From contig CAZWLE010000001.1 in the NCBI GenBank assembly GCA_964634305.1, forward strand, positions 78,120 to 142,119: a stretch of 64,000 bases of DNA. The letters are read 5' to 3'. The notes beneath the pieces were generated by a model. It did no database searches and was not told the DNA's origin. It saw nothing but the letters and a program-made list of their open reading frames with translations. How positions within the stretch are numbered: position 1 is the stretch's first letter; each line of letters starts with the position of its first letter. Both the position numbers and the translations under genes were made by a program. Source of the stretch: an uncultured Candidatus Saccharibacteria bacterium (lineage in GTDB: Bacteria > Patescibacteriota > Minisyncoccia > Phycocordibacterales > Phycocordibacteraceae). Positions 19,324 through 27,470 of the stretch are shown here, one piece after another.

Positions 19324-19878
19324 ATGTTCACAAAACTGAATGCTTGGTGGGTGCGAACACGTGCGAAGATTGGTCTCGTTGCGGTAGGGCATGGCGTCAA
19401 ACAGGTAGAGGAGGTGCTCTTTGATTGGCTTCTCTACGGCGTCATCGTGGGATATATGACTGCTTCCTATGGCATCGTGTGGGGTTCTGTCTATGCCTTT
19501 CTCGTCATGACGCCGCTTTCCGCCTTACTCTGTTGGCTCTACATCGTGTTTTACGACTGGGCAAAAATAGATTGGTTTGGGTTTGAAGCCATTAAAGATT
19601 ATAAGCAGGAGCTTGAAGGAGACGGGTGGTGGAAGCGAGTGACACGAAAAATCATGCGTATGGGAGATATACCTGCTTTTTTCATTCTCTCTATTCATGG
19701 CGACCCGTTTTGGACGACGGTGTATCTACGCCGCCATGAACATCAATATCAAGGCCTACGAGCCCGCGATTGGTGGATATTTGCGGCAAGTACACTCGTG
19801 TCTAATGCCTATTGGACGCTTCGCTGGACAGTGATTGTCGCGGTTGCACTCTACATCTGGAGCCTTATCGGCGGGTAG
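19324..19878 (+). CDS. Membrane protein of unknown function
   Basis: Trp-rich multi-TM ORF (YDW..IDWFGFE, DPF.TTVYLR). Confidence 0.75.
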   Translation: MFTKLNAWWVRTRAKIGLVAVGHGVKQVEEVLFDWLLYGVIVGYMTASYGIVWGSVYAFLVMTPLSALLCWLYIVFYDWAKIDWFGFEAIKDYKQELEGDGWWKRVTRKIMRMGDIPAFFILSIHGDPFWTTVYLRRHEHQYQGLRARDWWIFAASTLVSNAYWTLRWTVIVAVALYIWSLIGG

Positions 19879-19930
19879 TTTCCCACAGCAGAGCAGGGAA
19901 AAGGGAGTTTTTGTGGTATATATGAGCGTA

Positions 19931-20344
19931 ATGGACCTGTCGGGCCGTCTGTTTCTTGTATTTGTAAGTGTCGCTATCGTCGCTGTTATTGGCGCGACTG
20001 GTTGGAAGTTTGTCATTGCGCGAGACTATGATGTTGTGGTTGAAGCAGCCTGTGACCCGACAGAGCAGACCTGCCACTATCGTGAGTGCTCAGAGGTATC
20101 AAACGTAGGCGATTGTCCGCCAAACGAACTCGAGTACTACCACGTGTATGTCATAAAAGCGCACGAGTTTGACACCTGCGCAGACGCATCATGCGCTGCT
20201 GAATGCGAAGCCGGCTCTATAACGTGTACGCCTATTGCGTGCGGTGATTACGAAGACGATGAATGTAGTGCCGAAGACCTCATGGCTGAAGAGACGGTGC
20301 CAGTAGAGGAGGAAAGTGCCGACACCCCTCAAGAGAGTCCGTAA
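19931..20344 (+). CDS. Membrane-anchored Cys-rich extracellular protein
   Basis: N-terminal TM, about 10 Cys (ACDPTEQTC...), acidic tail; start could be 19922. Confidence 0.75.
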   Translation: MDLSGRLFLVFVSVAIVAVIGATGWKFVIARDYDVVVEAACDPTEQTCHYRECSEVSNVGDCPPNELEYYHVYVIKAHEFDTCADASCAAECEAGSITCTPIACGDYEDDECSAEDLMAEETVPVEEESADTPQESP

Positions 20345-20348
20345 CGAC

Positions 20349-21215
20349 ATGACGTCTAAAGCAATGAGCTACGTAGAAGCCTTGCTCAGACGGCTTCAAC
20401 GACAAGCATGGCACGAGACCTTAGTGCAAAATCGTGCACGCTTTGATAAGCACGTGTACACCTCGCTTCCCGACGCGATACAAGAGCTTGAACGCAGACG
20501 GGCTGACCCAAAACTTCGAGAACGTATAGAAGCAGCGCTTAACCACGACATACCCGCACCGCTTCGTACCGACCCACGAGCCGTACTCTTCCGTCAGGTC
20601 ATTACCCCCAACTACGAGACCCGTCGCTTTCTTAGCATTACGGACTCACTACCTATCAAACCCCTCTTTTTTGACCACAGTGACGACAAATACGTAGCAA
20701 ATAACGAATGGAAATATCATCTTGGGAGACTCTGTTTCTATAAAGGTCAGGACCAGAGCGGTAACGCGCAAAAAGAGTATCTAAAGATTATTGATTTCAA
20801 TGCCTATGACGGGAAGCCCATTTCAAGTGTACGCACCTTCTCTAATGAGTCGCTCGTAGATTTTCATCGTTCATTCTTTCTCTCTCGTTTCCCAGACCAC
20901 GAACAAGACTTGTTCTTTGCTTCTCCATGGATACAAAAACAGCGACTAGAAGGAAATGGCTACTACGAATCGGTACTGATGCTCTTTCTCTGTCACGGCA
21001 TCTTGTTCGAAAATTTTATGCTTGATTCCAAAGAGGCACGCTTTACACGCGATATTTTCTTGCCAGCATTTATCAAAGTACATAAGCGATTCCGCCTGAA
21101 ACCCCTCATCGTTAATCTCGAACCGACTGATATCGAAGGAGATTCGTTCTGGATGTATCACCCGTTTGAAGATAAAGCGTATGCGGAAGAACGGTTGCGT
21201 GCGCCCGTAGTATAA
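20349..21215 (+). CDS. Hypothetical cytoplasmic enzyme-like protein
   Basis: No TM; motif-like blocks AVLFRQVITPNYE, IIDFN..DGK, LVDFH, HGILFENF. Confidence 0.8.
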   Translation: MTSKAMSYVEALLRRLQRQAWHETLVQNRARFDKHVYTSLPDAIQELERRRADPKLRERIEAALNHDIPAPLRTDPRAVLFRQVITPNYETRRFLSITDSLPIKPLFFDHSDDKYVANNEWKYHLGRLCFYKGQDQSGNAQKEYLKIIDFNAYDGKPISSVRTFSNESLVDFHRSFFLSRFPDHEQDLFFASPWIQKQRLEGNGYYESVLMLFLCHGILFENFMLDSKEARFTRDIFLPAFIKVHKRFRLKPLIVNLEPTDIEGDSFWMYHPFEDKAYAEERLRAPVV

Positions 21216-21231
21216 TTTTCGACACGGCCGT

Positions 21232-22854
21232 ATGGACGCAAACTCCTGTTTTATCCTCACACAAGACCTTCACACGGTCGTCTACTACTCCCACATCGTG
21301 CCGATGTTGTTCGCCCTCTTCCTTGCTATCTTTGCGCTCTTTAGAACGAAGGCCTCAACCCTTGCCGTTGTCTTCTTCCTCTTCACGCTCTCGTTCTCCC
21401 TCTGGCTTCTTGGCGACATGCTCACGTGGGTATCGCAGAACTACCACATCATCTATTTCACATGGTCGTGGCTTGATTTCCTCGATATCACCTTCTTTGT
21501 CCTTGGCGCATTCTTCTTTGCGCTTGTTGCACGCGGGAAGATAGCGCTCTGGGAGAAGATTGTCCTCGCTGCGCTCATGGTGCCGCCACTTGTTATTACC
21601 GCTACCGGTCACTCAGTCCTTGAGTTCAATCAGCCTATTTGTGAGGCGAGTGAAAACAGCTGGCTTGCTACCTATAAGTTTGCGGCAGAGGCAGTAGCGG
21701 TAGCATTGATGCTCTGGTCGTTCTTCCTTGGCTGGAGGAAATCCGACAAAGGTAAGCGCATCCAATTCTCCGTTATCTTCCTTGCGCTCATCCTCTTCTT
21801 TAGCGTCTTCTCGGGTACGGCCTACATTTCGTCTATCACCACTATCTACGAGATAACGCTGTACGGACTTTTCGTGCTGCCGCTCTTCCTCATCATTCTT
21901 ACCTTTGCGATTACCGACCTCCACCTCTTCCAGTTCCGGTTCGTCGGTACCCAAGTGCTCGCGTACGTACTCATCTTGATGACCGGTTCGCAGCTGCTCT
22001 TTATCGAAGACTCCTCGAACCGTGTCCTTACCCTCGTTACGATAGGTGTATCGGTCATCATTGGCTTCCTGCTTATTGAAAACGCCAAACGCGAAGCACA
22101 GGCGCGTGTACGCATTGAAGGCCTTGCGAAAGAACTGGCGCTTGCCAATGACCGCCTGAAAGAACTTGATCAGTTGAAGAGTGAATTCCTTTCCATAGCA
22201 TCCCACCAGCTCCGTGCCCCTATTACCGCCGTGCGTGGCTATGCCTCAAACATTGTTGAAGGCGAGTATGGCCCGGTACCGGATAACCTGAAAGAACCGC
22301 TTGCCACCGTGCAGGAAACCGCACGCATGATGGTTAACTCGATTGAGGACTACCTGAACATCTCTCGCATTGAACAGGGACGAATGAAGTACGAGAAGAG
22401 CGATTTCGATATTGCCGATATGGCAAAGAAGGTCGTCGAAGAACTTGGACCCCTTGCCATCAAGAAGAAACTCTCACTCGACACTTCTATTCCTGAAAAC
22501 CTGATGGTGAATGCAGATATTGGGAAGATTAAGCAGGTGGCTACTAACCTTCTTGATAACGCGATTAAATACACTGAGCAGGGTAGTGTGACCGTGAAGG
22601 TAGAGAAGATTGGCACGAACGCACGCGTCACGATACAAGACACGGGTGTTGGTCTTTCTCCAGAAGACATTGGTGGCCTCTTCGAGAAGTTCAAGCGTGC
22701 GCGTGGCGCAAATAAAGTGAACACGACAGGTACGGGTCTTGGCCTCTATGTGGCTAAGCAGCTTGTTGAAGGCAACGGTGGCAAGATTTGGGTTGAGTCC
22801 GACGGGCAAGGTAAGGGTTCTCGCTTTATCTTTGAGCTTCCGGCACTTTCTTAA
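21232..22854 (+). CDS. Sensor histidine kinase with N-terminal multi-TM (7TM-like) input domain
   Basis: H-box IASHQLRAP, N-box NLLDNAIKY, G1 DTGVG, G2 GTGLGL. Confidence 0.96.
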   Translation: MDANSCFILTQDLHTVVYYSHIVPMLFALFLAIFALFRTKASTLAVVFFLFTLSFSLWLLGDMLTWVSQNYHIIYFTWSWLDFLDITFFVLGAFFFALVARGKIALWEKIVLAALMVPPLVITATGHSVLEFNQPICEASENSWLATYKFAAEAVAVALMLWSFFLGWRKSDKGKRIQFSVIFLALILFFSVFSGTAYISSITTIYEITLYGLFVLPLFLIILTFAITDLHLFQFRFVGTQVLAYVLILMTGSQLLFIEDSSNRVLTLVTIGVSVIIGFLLIENAKREAQARVRIEGLAKELALANDRLKELDQLKSEFLSIASHQLRAPITAVRGYASNIVEGEYGPVPDNLKEPLATVQETARMMVNSIEDYLNISRIEQGRMKYEKSDFDIADMAKKVVEELGPLAIKKKLSLDTSIPENLMVNADIGKIKQVATNLLDNAIKYTEQGSVTVKVEKIGTNARVTIQDTGVGLSPEDIGGLFEKFKRARGANKVNTTGTGLGLYVAKQLVEGNGGKIWVESDGQGKGSRFIFELPALS

Positions 22855-22857
22855 CCT

Positions 22858-23718
22858 GTGGGGATAGAATCCAGACATTTCGACTCAGGGGTTCCAGGCA
22901 AGCGTCTCCTGGTGTTCGGCGCCATACACGGTGATGAGGTCTGTGGGCCAGCCGGTATACGGCGCATCGTTGATGAGCTCACCTCTAGAACGCTTGTTCT
23001 GCGAAGTGGTTCAGTAACACTCGTGCCGGTTGCTAACCCAGATGCCTACGAGCGCGGAGAGCGACAAATCGAAGCCGATTTGAACCGTGTCTTCAAAAAG
23101 ACAGACAATCCAGACTCGTATGAGGCACGTCTGGCAAATGAGTTGATTCAGTTAGCTGACCAGAGTGATGTGTTACTCGATTTGCATTCAAGCTCTGCGC
23201 CAGGACCAGTGAATGCCTTTCTAGACTACCCGTCCGCAGACATGGAAGCCTTTATGCTGTCTCTCCAACCGGGAACTATTATCTATGACTGGCCAAAAGT
23301 CTACGAACAACGACCTGACCTCGCGTCCTTCACAACCGAACGGTATATGCATGACCGTGGTGCTTCAGCGACCACCTTTGAATGCGGGCAACATCAGGAC
23401 GCTACGGCGCCAGACGTTGCTTACACGACCATACGACGAGCCCTTGCACACCTTGGCATAACCAATGGTGATTCTCTTTCAAAGGAGGGCAGTAAAACGA
23501 GAAAAGTCTGGATGCGAGAGGTGGTCACCTTCGACCAGGAAGGCGATGCGTTCCTTGGCTCTTGGAAGCATCTGGAGCATATCCCTAAAGGAACAGCGAT
23601 AGCAAAACGTGCTGACGGTACTGTGATTGAAGCAGGAGAGGGCTGCGTGATTATCTTCCCGTACCCAAAAGCAGAACCGGGAGATGAGTGGTTCTATCTT
23701 GGCGAACTTGAGCGTTGA
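22858..23718 (+). CDS. Succinylglutamate desuccinylase/aspartoacylase (M14-like) family hydrolase
   Basis: GAIHGDE, DLNRVF, LDLHS, TFECG. Confidence 0.9.
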   Translation: MGIESRHFDSGVPGKRLLVFGAIHGDEVCGPAGIRRIVDELTSRTLVLRSGSVTLVPVANPDAYERGERQIEADLNRVFKKTDNPDSYEARLANELIQLADQSDVLLDLHSSSAPGPVNAFLDYPSADMEAFMLSLQPGTIIYDWPKVYEQRPDLASFTTERYMHDRGASATTFECGQHQDATAPDVAYTTIRRALAHLGITNGDSLSKEGSKTRKVWMREVVTFDQEGDAFLGSWKHLEHIPKGTAIAKRADGTVIEAGEGCVIIFPYPKAEPGDEWFYLGELER

Positions 23719-23743
23719 CACATACCTCTAGAAAGGTTAGATT
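23715..23743 (+). promoter_or_regulatory. Sigma70 promoter of the T-box leader
   Basis: TTGACA-17 nt-TAGATT. Confidence 0.7.
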
Positions 23744-23749
23744 AATTTC

Positions 23750-24031
23750 AGAGCAGCGTTCATCACAACTGCAACATCCTTGATTCCGGTCCCACGAAAG
23801 TGGGATTGGGCCGGAATCGCCCGCAAGGGCAGGATGGCTTCTGCGTAAGTGGAAGCCCGGTCGCTCCCGTAACCATGAGCTAACCGATGTCGGCCGCAAG
23901 GTGTCTCGAGTCGGTGAGTCCTAAGGCGCAAGCCTTAGGAGAAAAGGGTGGTACCGCGAGGATTCTCCTAAAAAAATTCCCCGCCCCTGTATGCGTCTTT
24001 TGACGTGCACATGGGCGGGGAATTTTTGTTT
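23750..24031 (+). ncRNA. T-box riboswitch (transcriptional) with ultra-short stem I and probable Ile (AUC) specifier
   Basis: T-box AGGGTGGTACCGCG at 23945-23958 with antiterminator partner CGCCCCT; overlapping terminator 23972-24031; stem IIA/B-like CGG-GCTC-CCGTAA-GAGC; several GNRA hairpins; loop CATCAC at 23761-23766. Confidence 0.8.
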
Positions 24032-24091
24032 ATGGGATTCCTCACTGTGGCAGTCGTTGTGAGTGCTGCGGTTCTTTCATGGAGAGTACGT

Positions 24092-24922
24092 ATGGTTAGC
24101 ACCTTAGCAACCTTCAAAAATCGCTTCGAGGTCAAGCCTCGTTTAGCGTGGCACCTAGGGGTGGAGCGGGAACGCTTCATCACTGACAAAAAGGGCCGAA
24201 TCGTACCGTCAGCAAAGGAAATTATCGACTACATCCGGAAACAGTATCTGGGGTCGGTTAACTTCCTGAGCGGCGACGTCGCGCCCGGTCTCGGAGAGCT
24301 CATCACCTATGAACTTTCTGCGTGCCAACTAGAGTCCCGGACGATACCAGACACCCTCAAGCATCTGAAAGGACAGCTGGAACGGTGGGACAAAGATATG
24401 GCGGCTGCCTTCGAACATCTTGGGTATGTACAATCGCACATCGAGGTCGCTCCGGAAGATATGCCGCTGGACGTCTATCCCGATCCAACCGGCCGCTATC
24501 AGAAGATAGTGTCAGCTATCTCGCGCACAGCACTTCTCGCTGCGTGCCGAGTAGCTGGGACTCATATCCACGTCGGTATGCCAGACCTAGAGACGGCGCT
24601 GAAGGTATATAACTACCTGACACGTCACGTCACCGAGCTCTGCGAGATGGGTAACGGCTCTTTCGGACAACGTCTGGAGATTTATCGCCAGATGGCCCCT
24701 GACTGGAAACCAATGCCATATGAATCCTGGCAGGACTACTACGACGTAGCCTGCCGCAAAGGGTTCGTCGATGATCCTCGTCAATGCTGGACACTTATCC
24801 GTATCAGCGTGCATGGAACCATTGAATTCCGCATGTTCGGCGCGACCGATTCTATCGACCGCATCGTTTCGTGGGCCGAGCGCTGTCACGCGCTTTGCTT
24901 GGAAGCAATGAATACTCGTTAG
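24092..24922 (+). CDS. Glutamate--cysteine ligase family 2 (GCS2/YbdK-like carboxylate-amine ligase)
   Basis: LGVERERF, ELSACQLE, GTHIHVG, IRISVHGTIEFRMF; GGAG SD before ATG 24092. Confidence 0.85.
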   Translation: MVSTLATFKNRFEVKPRLAWHLGVERERFITDKKGRIVPSAKEIIDYIRKQYLGSVNFLSGDVAPGLGELITYELSACQLESRTIPDTLKHLKGQLERWDKDMAAAFEHLGYVQSHIEVAPEDMPLDVYPDPTGRYQKIVSAISRTALLAACRVAGTHIHVGMPDLETALKVYNYLTRHVTELCEMGNGSFGQRLEIYRQMAPDWKPMPYESWQDYYDVACRKGFVDDPRQCWTLIRISVHGTIEFRMFGATDSIDRIVSWAERCHALCLEAMNTR

Positions 24923-25014
24923 CAGGTCGTAACTATTACCTGAGGAGGATGCGTGCGGGGCTCATAACCCCCACGCATCTTTTCATAGCAAGATACACTA
25001 TCAGCAACTTTCTT

Positions 25015-25458
25015 ATGTCACTTTACTTCGCGTATGGCTCGAATATGGATGAGACGCAAATGCGTGAGCGTTGTCCTGAATCCACGCTTCTTGGCACCGC
25101 TACGCTGCATGCTCACCGTCTCGTATTCACTATCCCTTCTCGAAAATGGGGAGGGGGATGTGCAGATATTGTTCCTGACCAAAACGCAGAGATATATGGT
25201 GTGCTATACGAACTATCCGATGCAGATTTCGCAGCGCTCGACAAGAAGGAAGGGGTATTCACGAAGAGTTATCGACGAGTATCCGTAATGGTTGAGCGTG
25301 AGAGTGAGATGGTACGTGCGGATACCTACGAGGTGGTCTCGAAGACTGAAGGATTGGCTCCTTCTATGCCGTATATCTCTCAGATAGTGAGAGCTGCGGA
25401 ACGATTTTCGTTTCCAGATTCATACCTCGTCTACCTTCGCTCCTTCACATCGACGTAG
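25015..25458 (+). CDS. Gamma-glutamylcyclotransferase family protein
   Basis: YFAYGSNM, GVLYEL, LDKKEG, Y.R. Confidence 0.92.
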   Translation: MSLYFAYGSNMDETQMRERCPESTLLGTATLHAHRLVFTIPSRKWGGGCADIVPDQNAEIYGVLYELSDADFAALDKKEGVFTKSYRRVSVMVERESEMVRADTYEVVSKTEGLAPSMPYISQIVRAAERFSFPDSYLVYLRSFTST

Positions 25459-25473
25459 TGCTATACTCCCGCC

Positions 25474-26721
25474 ATGACCTTGGCTGAAGAACTGAAAGCG
25501 CGTGGATTCGCGGAGCATTCCTCCGCACCTCTTGAAACTATCCTTAAGGATAAACGCTACGCATATCACGGCATGGACCCGACCGCAGACTCCTTGCATG
25601 TTGGCCACCTCGTCCCACTTCTTCTTATGAAGCGGCTCTCAGACGCAGGTCATAAGACGGTGTTCTTGGTAGGAGGCGGCACCGGCATGATAGGGGACCC
25701 GCGCGACTCGGGTGAACGCTCACTTCTTGATAAGAAGACGCTCGAACACAACAAGAAGGCACTGCGTGCTCAGCTTCAAACCCTTATGGGAAAGAAGATT
25801 GAAATGGTTGATAACGCTGACTGGCTTTCAAAGCTCGGGATGCTTGAGTTCCTCCGTGACATTGGCAAGCACTTCACGGTAAACGACTTGGTAAAGCGTG
25901 ATCTCATTCGTCGCCGTCTTGAAACACCGGACGATTCCATCTCCTACACTGAATTCACCTATGCATTGCTTCAAGGCTTTGACTTCCTTGAGCTCTTTAA
26001 GAAGAAGGGTGTTGACCTTCAGGTAGGTGGTGCAGATCAGTGGACCAACATGCTTTCCGGCGTCGACCTGGTTCGCAAGAAGCTTGGTAAAGAGGTGTTC
26101 GTGTTCACGAATCCTCTCGTCACGGACGCGAACGGCAAGAAATTCGGAAAGTCCGAAGGCAACCCTATCTGGCTCGATGGTAAAAAGACGTCGTCGTTCA
26201 AGTTCTATCAGTTCTGGATGGCGCTCCCAGACCAGGGACTTGAGACCTACCTAAAGCTCTATACGTTCCTTCCGCTTGCAGATATTGAAACCCTCATGCA
26301 AAAGCACAATGCGGCCCCACAAGATCGCGAAGCACAGGAGACCCTGGCACGTCTCGTGACCGAAATCGTGCATGGTCCTGCGGCAACCGCTGCAGCGGCA
26401 GCTGCTACCGACGCATTGTTTGGTGGTCGTGCGCTATCGTCACTGTCTTCCATCGAACGTCAGTGCCTCATCGCTGAAGCACCGACTGCGCAGATTTCTA
26501 AGGGAGACGCAGAAAAGGGATACCCTATCGCTGATGCACTCGTTGCTGGCGGTATCGTGCCGTCTAAATCTGAAGCACGTCGCGTCATTGACGCAAAAGG
26601 GGTCACGATAAACGGAAAGCCGGTTGATAGTCTCGACCCAACCGTAAAGACCGCTGACTTTGACGGGGGACTCGCTATTGTTCGCAAAGGAAAGAATCCG
26701 CTCGTGCTCGTACTGAAATAG
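25474..26721 (+). CDS. tyrS: Tyrosine--tRNA ligase
   Basis: DPTADSLHVGH, GGADQW, KFGKS, C-terminal S4-like domain. Confidence 0.98.
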   Translation: MTLAEELKARGFAEHSSAPLETILKDKRYAYHGMDPTADSLHVGHLVPLLLMKRLSDAGHKTVFLVGGGTGMIGDPRDSGERSLLDKKTLEHNKKALRAQLQTLMGKKIEMVDNADWLSKLGMLEFLRDIGKHFTVNDLVKRDLIRRRLETPDDSISYTEFTYALLQGFDFLELFKKKGVDLQVGGADQWTNMLSGVDLVRKKLGKEVFVFTNPLVTDANGKKFGKSEGNPIWLDGKKTSSFKFYQFWMALPDQGLETYLKLYTFLPLADIETLMQKHNAAPQDREAQETLARLVTEIVHGPAATAAAAAATDALFGGRALSSLSSIERQCLIAEAPTAQISKGDAEKGYPIADALVAGGIVPSKSEARRVIDAKGVTINGKPVDSLDPTVKTADFDGGLAIVRKGKNPLVLVLK

Positions 26722-26723
26722 CT

Positions 26724-27299
26724 ATGCCAACCGAGTGGGAGGGCGTCTTCTGGCCGATTGATAAAGATGCGGTTCGTAAAGCTCTCTCGGACGCTGGTGC
26801 CGAACTGGTGTTTCCAGAGCGCCTCATGCGCCGGGTGAATCTCTATCTTCCTGAAAGCGTCACGACGCAAGGCTTTGCTCGTGTACGGGACGAAGGCCAT
26901 CGCACCACCCTTTCTGTTAAAGATACAAGCGGTACCCGTATTGAAGACAAGAAGGAAGTACAGGTCGTCGTTGATGACTTTGATAGTGCACAAGACCTTC
27001 TTCGCGCGCTTGGCTGTAAGGACAAAAACTATCAGGAATCGACGCGTGAGCTATGGACCCTCGACGGAGCAGAGATAACCATAGACGAGTGGCCATTCCT
27101 TGAGCCACTCTGTGAAGTTGAGGCAGATTCCGAAGCATCCGTACGGGCCGTTGCTGAAAAGCTCGGGTTTGATTGGAGTACGGCTCGATTTTGTTCTGCG
27201 GATAAGCTCTACGCAGAGAAATACAATGTCCATCACACGGCCATTACGCAGGGTATCCCGCGCCTTACGTTCGATATACCGGACCCGTTCAAAAAATAA
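26724..27299 (+). CDS. CYTH domain protein (class IV adenylate cyclase-like)
   Basis: N-terminal ExE, ARVRDEG, RELW, IDEWP..P..EVE. Confidence 0.85.
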   Translation: MPTEWEGVFWPIDKDAVRKALSDAGAELVFPERLMRRVNLYLPESVTTQGFARVRDEGHRTTLSVKDTSGTRIEDKKEVQVVVDDFDSAQDLLRALGCKDKNYQESTRELWTLDGAEITIDEWPFLEPLCEVEADSEASVRAVAEKLGFDWSTARFCSADKLYAEKYNVHHTAITQGIPRLTFDIPDPFKK

Positions 27300-27325
27300 C
27301 GAAATCTGCTATACTCCTGCCGTGC

Positions 27326-27410
27326 GCGTCGGTACTCAAGTGGTCAACGAGGGTTGGCTGTAAACCAACTGGCTTTGCCTACGTAGGTTCGAATCCTACC
27401 CGGCGCACCA
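27326..27410 (+). tRNA. tRNA-Tyr(GUA)
   Basis: Acceptor GCGTCGG/CCGGCGC, anticodon arm GTTGG-CTGTAAA-CCAAC, long variable arm, GGTTCGAATCC, encoded CCA. Confidence 0.97.
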
Positions 27411-27470
27411 ACGAAAAATCCGGAGGAAGCCCTCCGGTTTTTTCTTTTGTGTGTTATAGTCCCGCTACCT

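Noticed and set aside
23750-23960. Tyr-specific T-box for tyrS
   Set aside because: There is no UAC in the leader before the T-box, and tyrS has its own TGCTATACT box immediately upstream.
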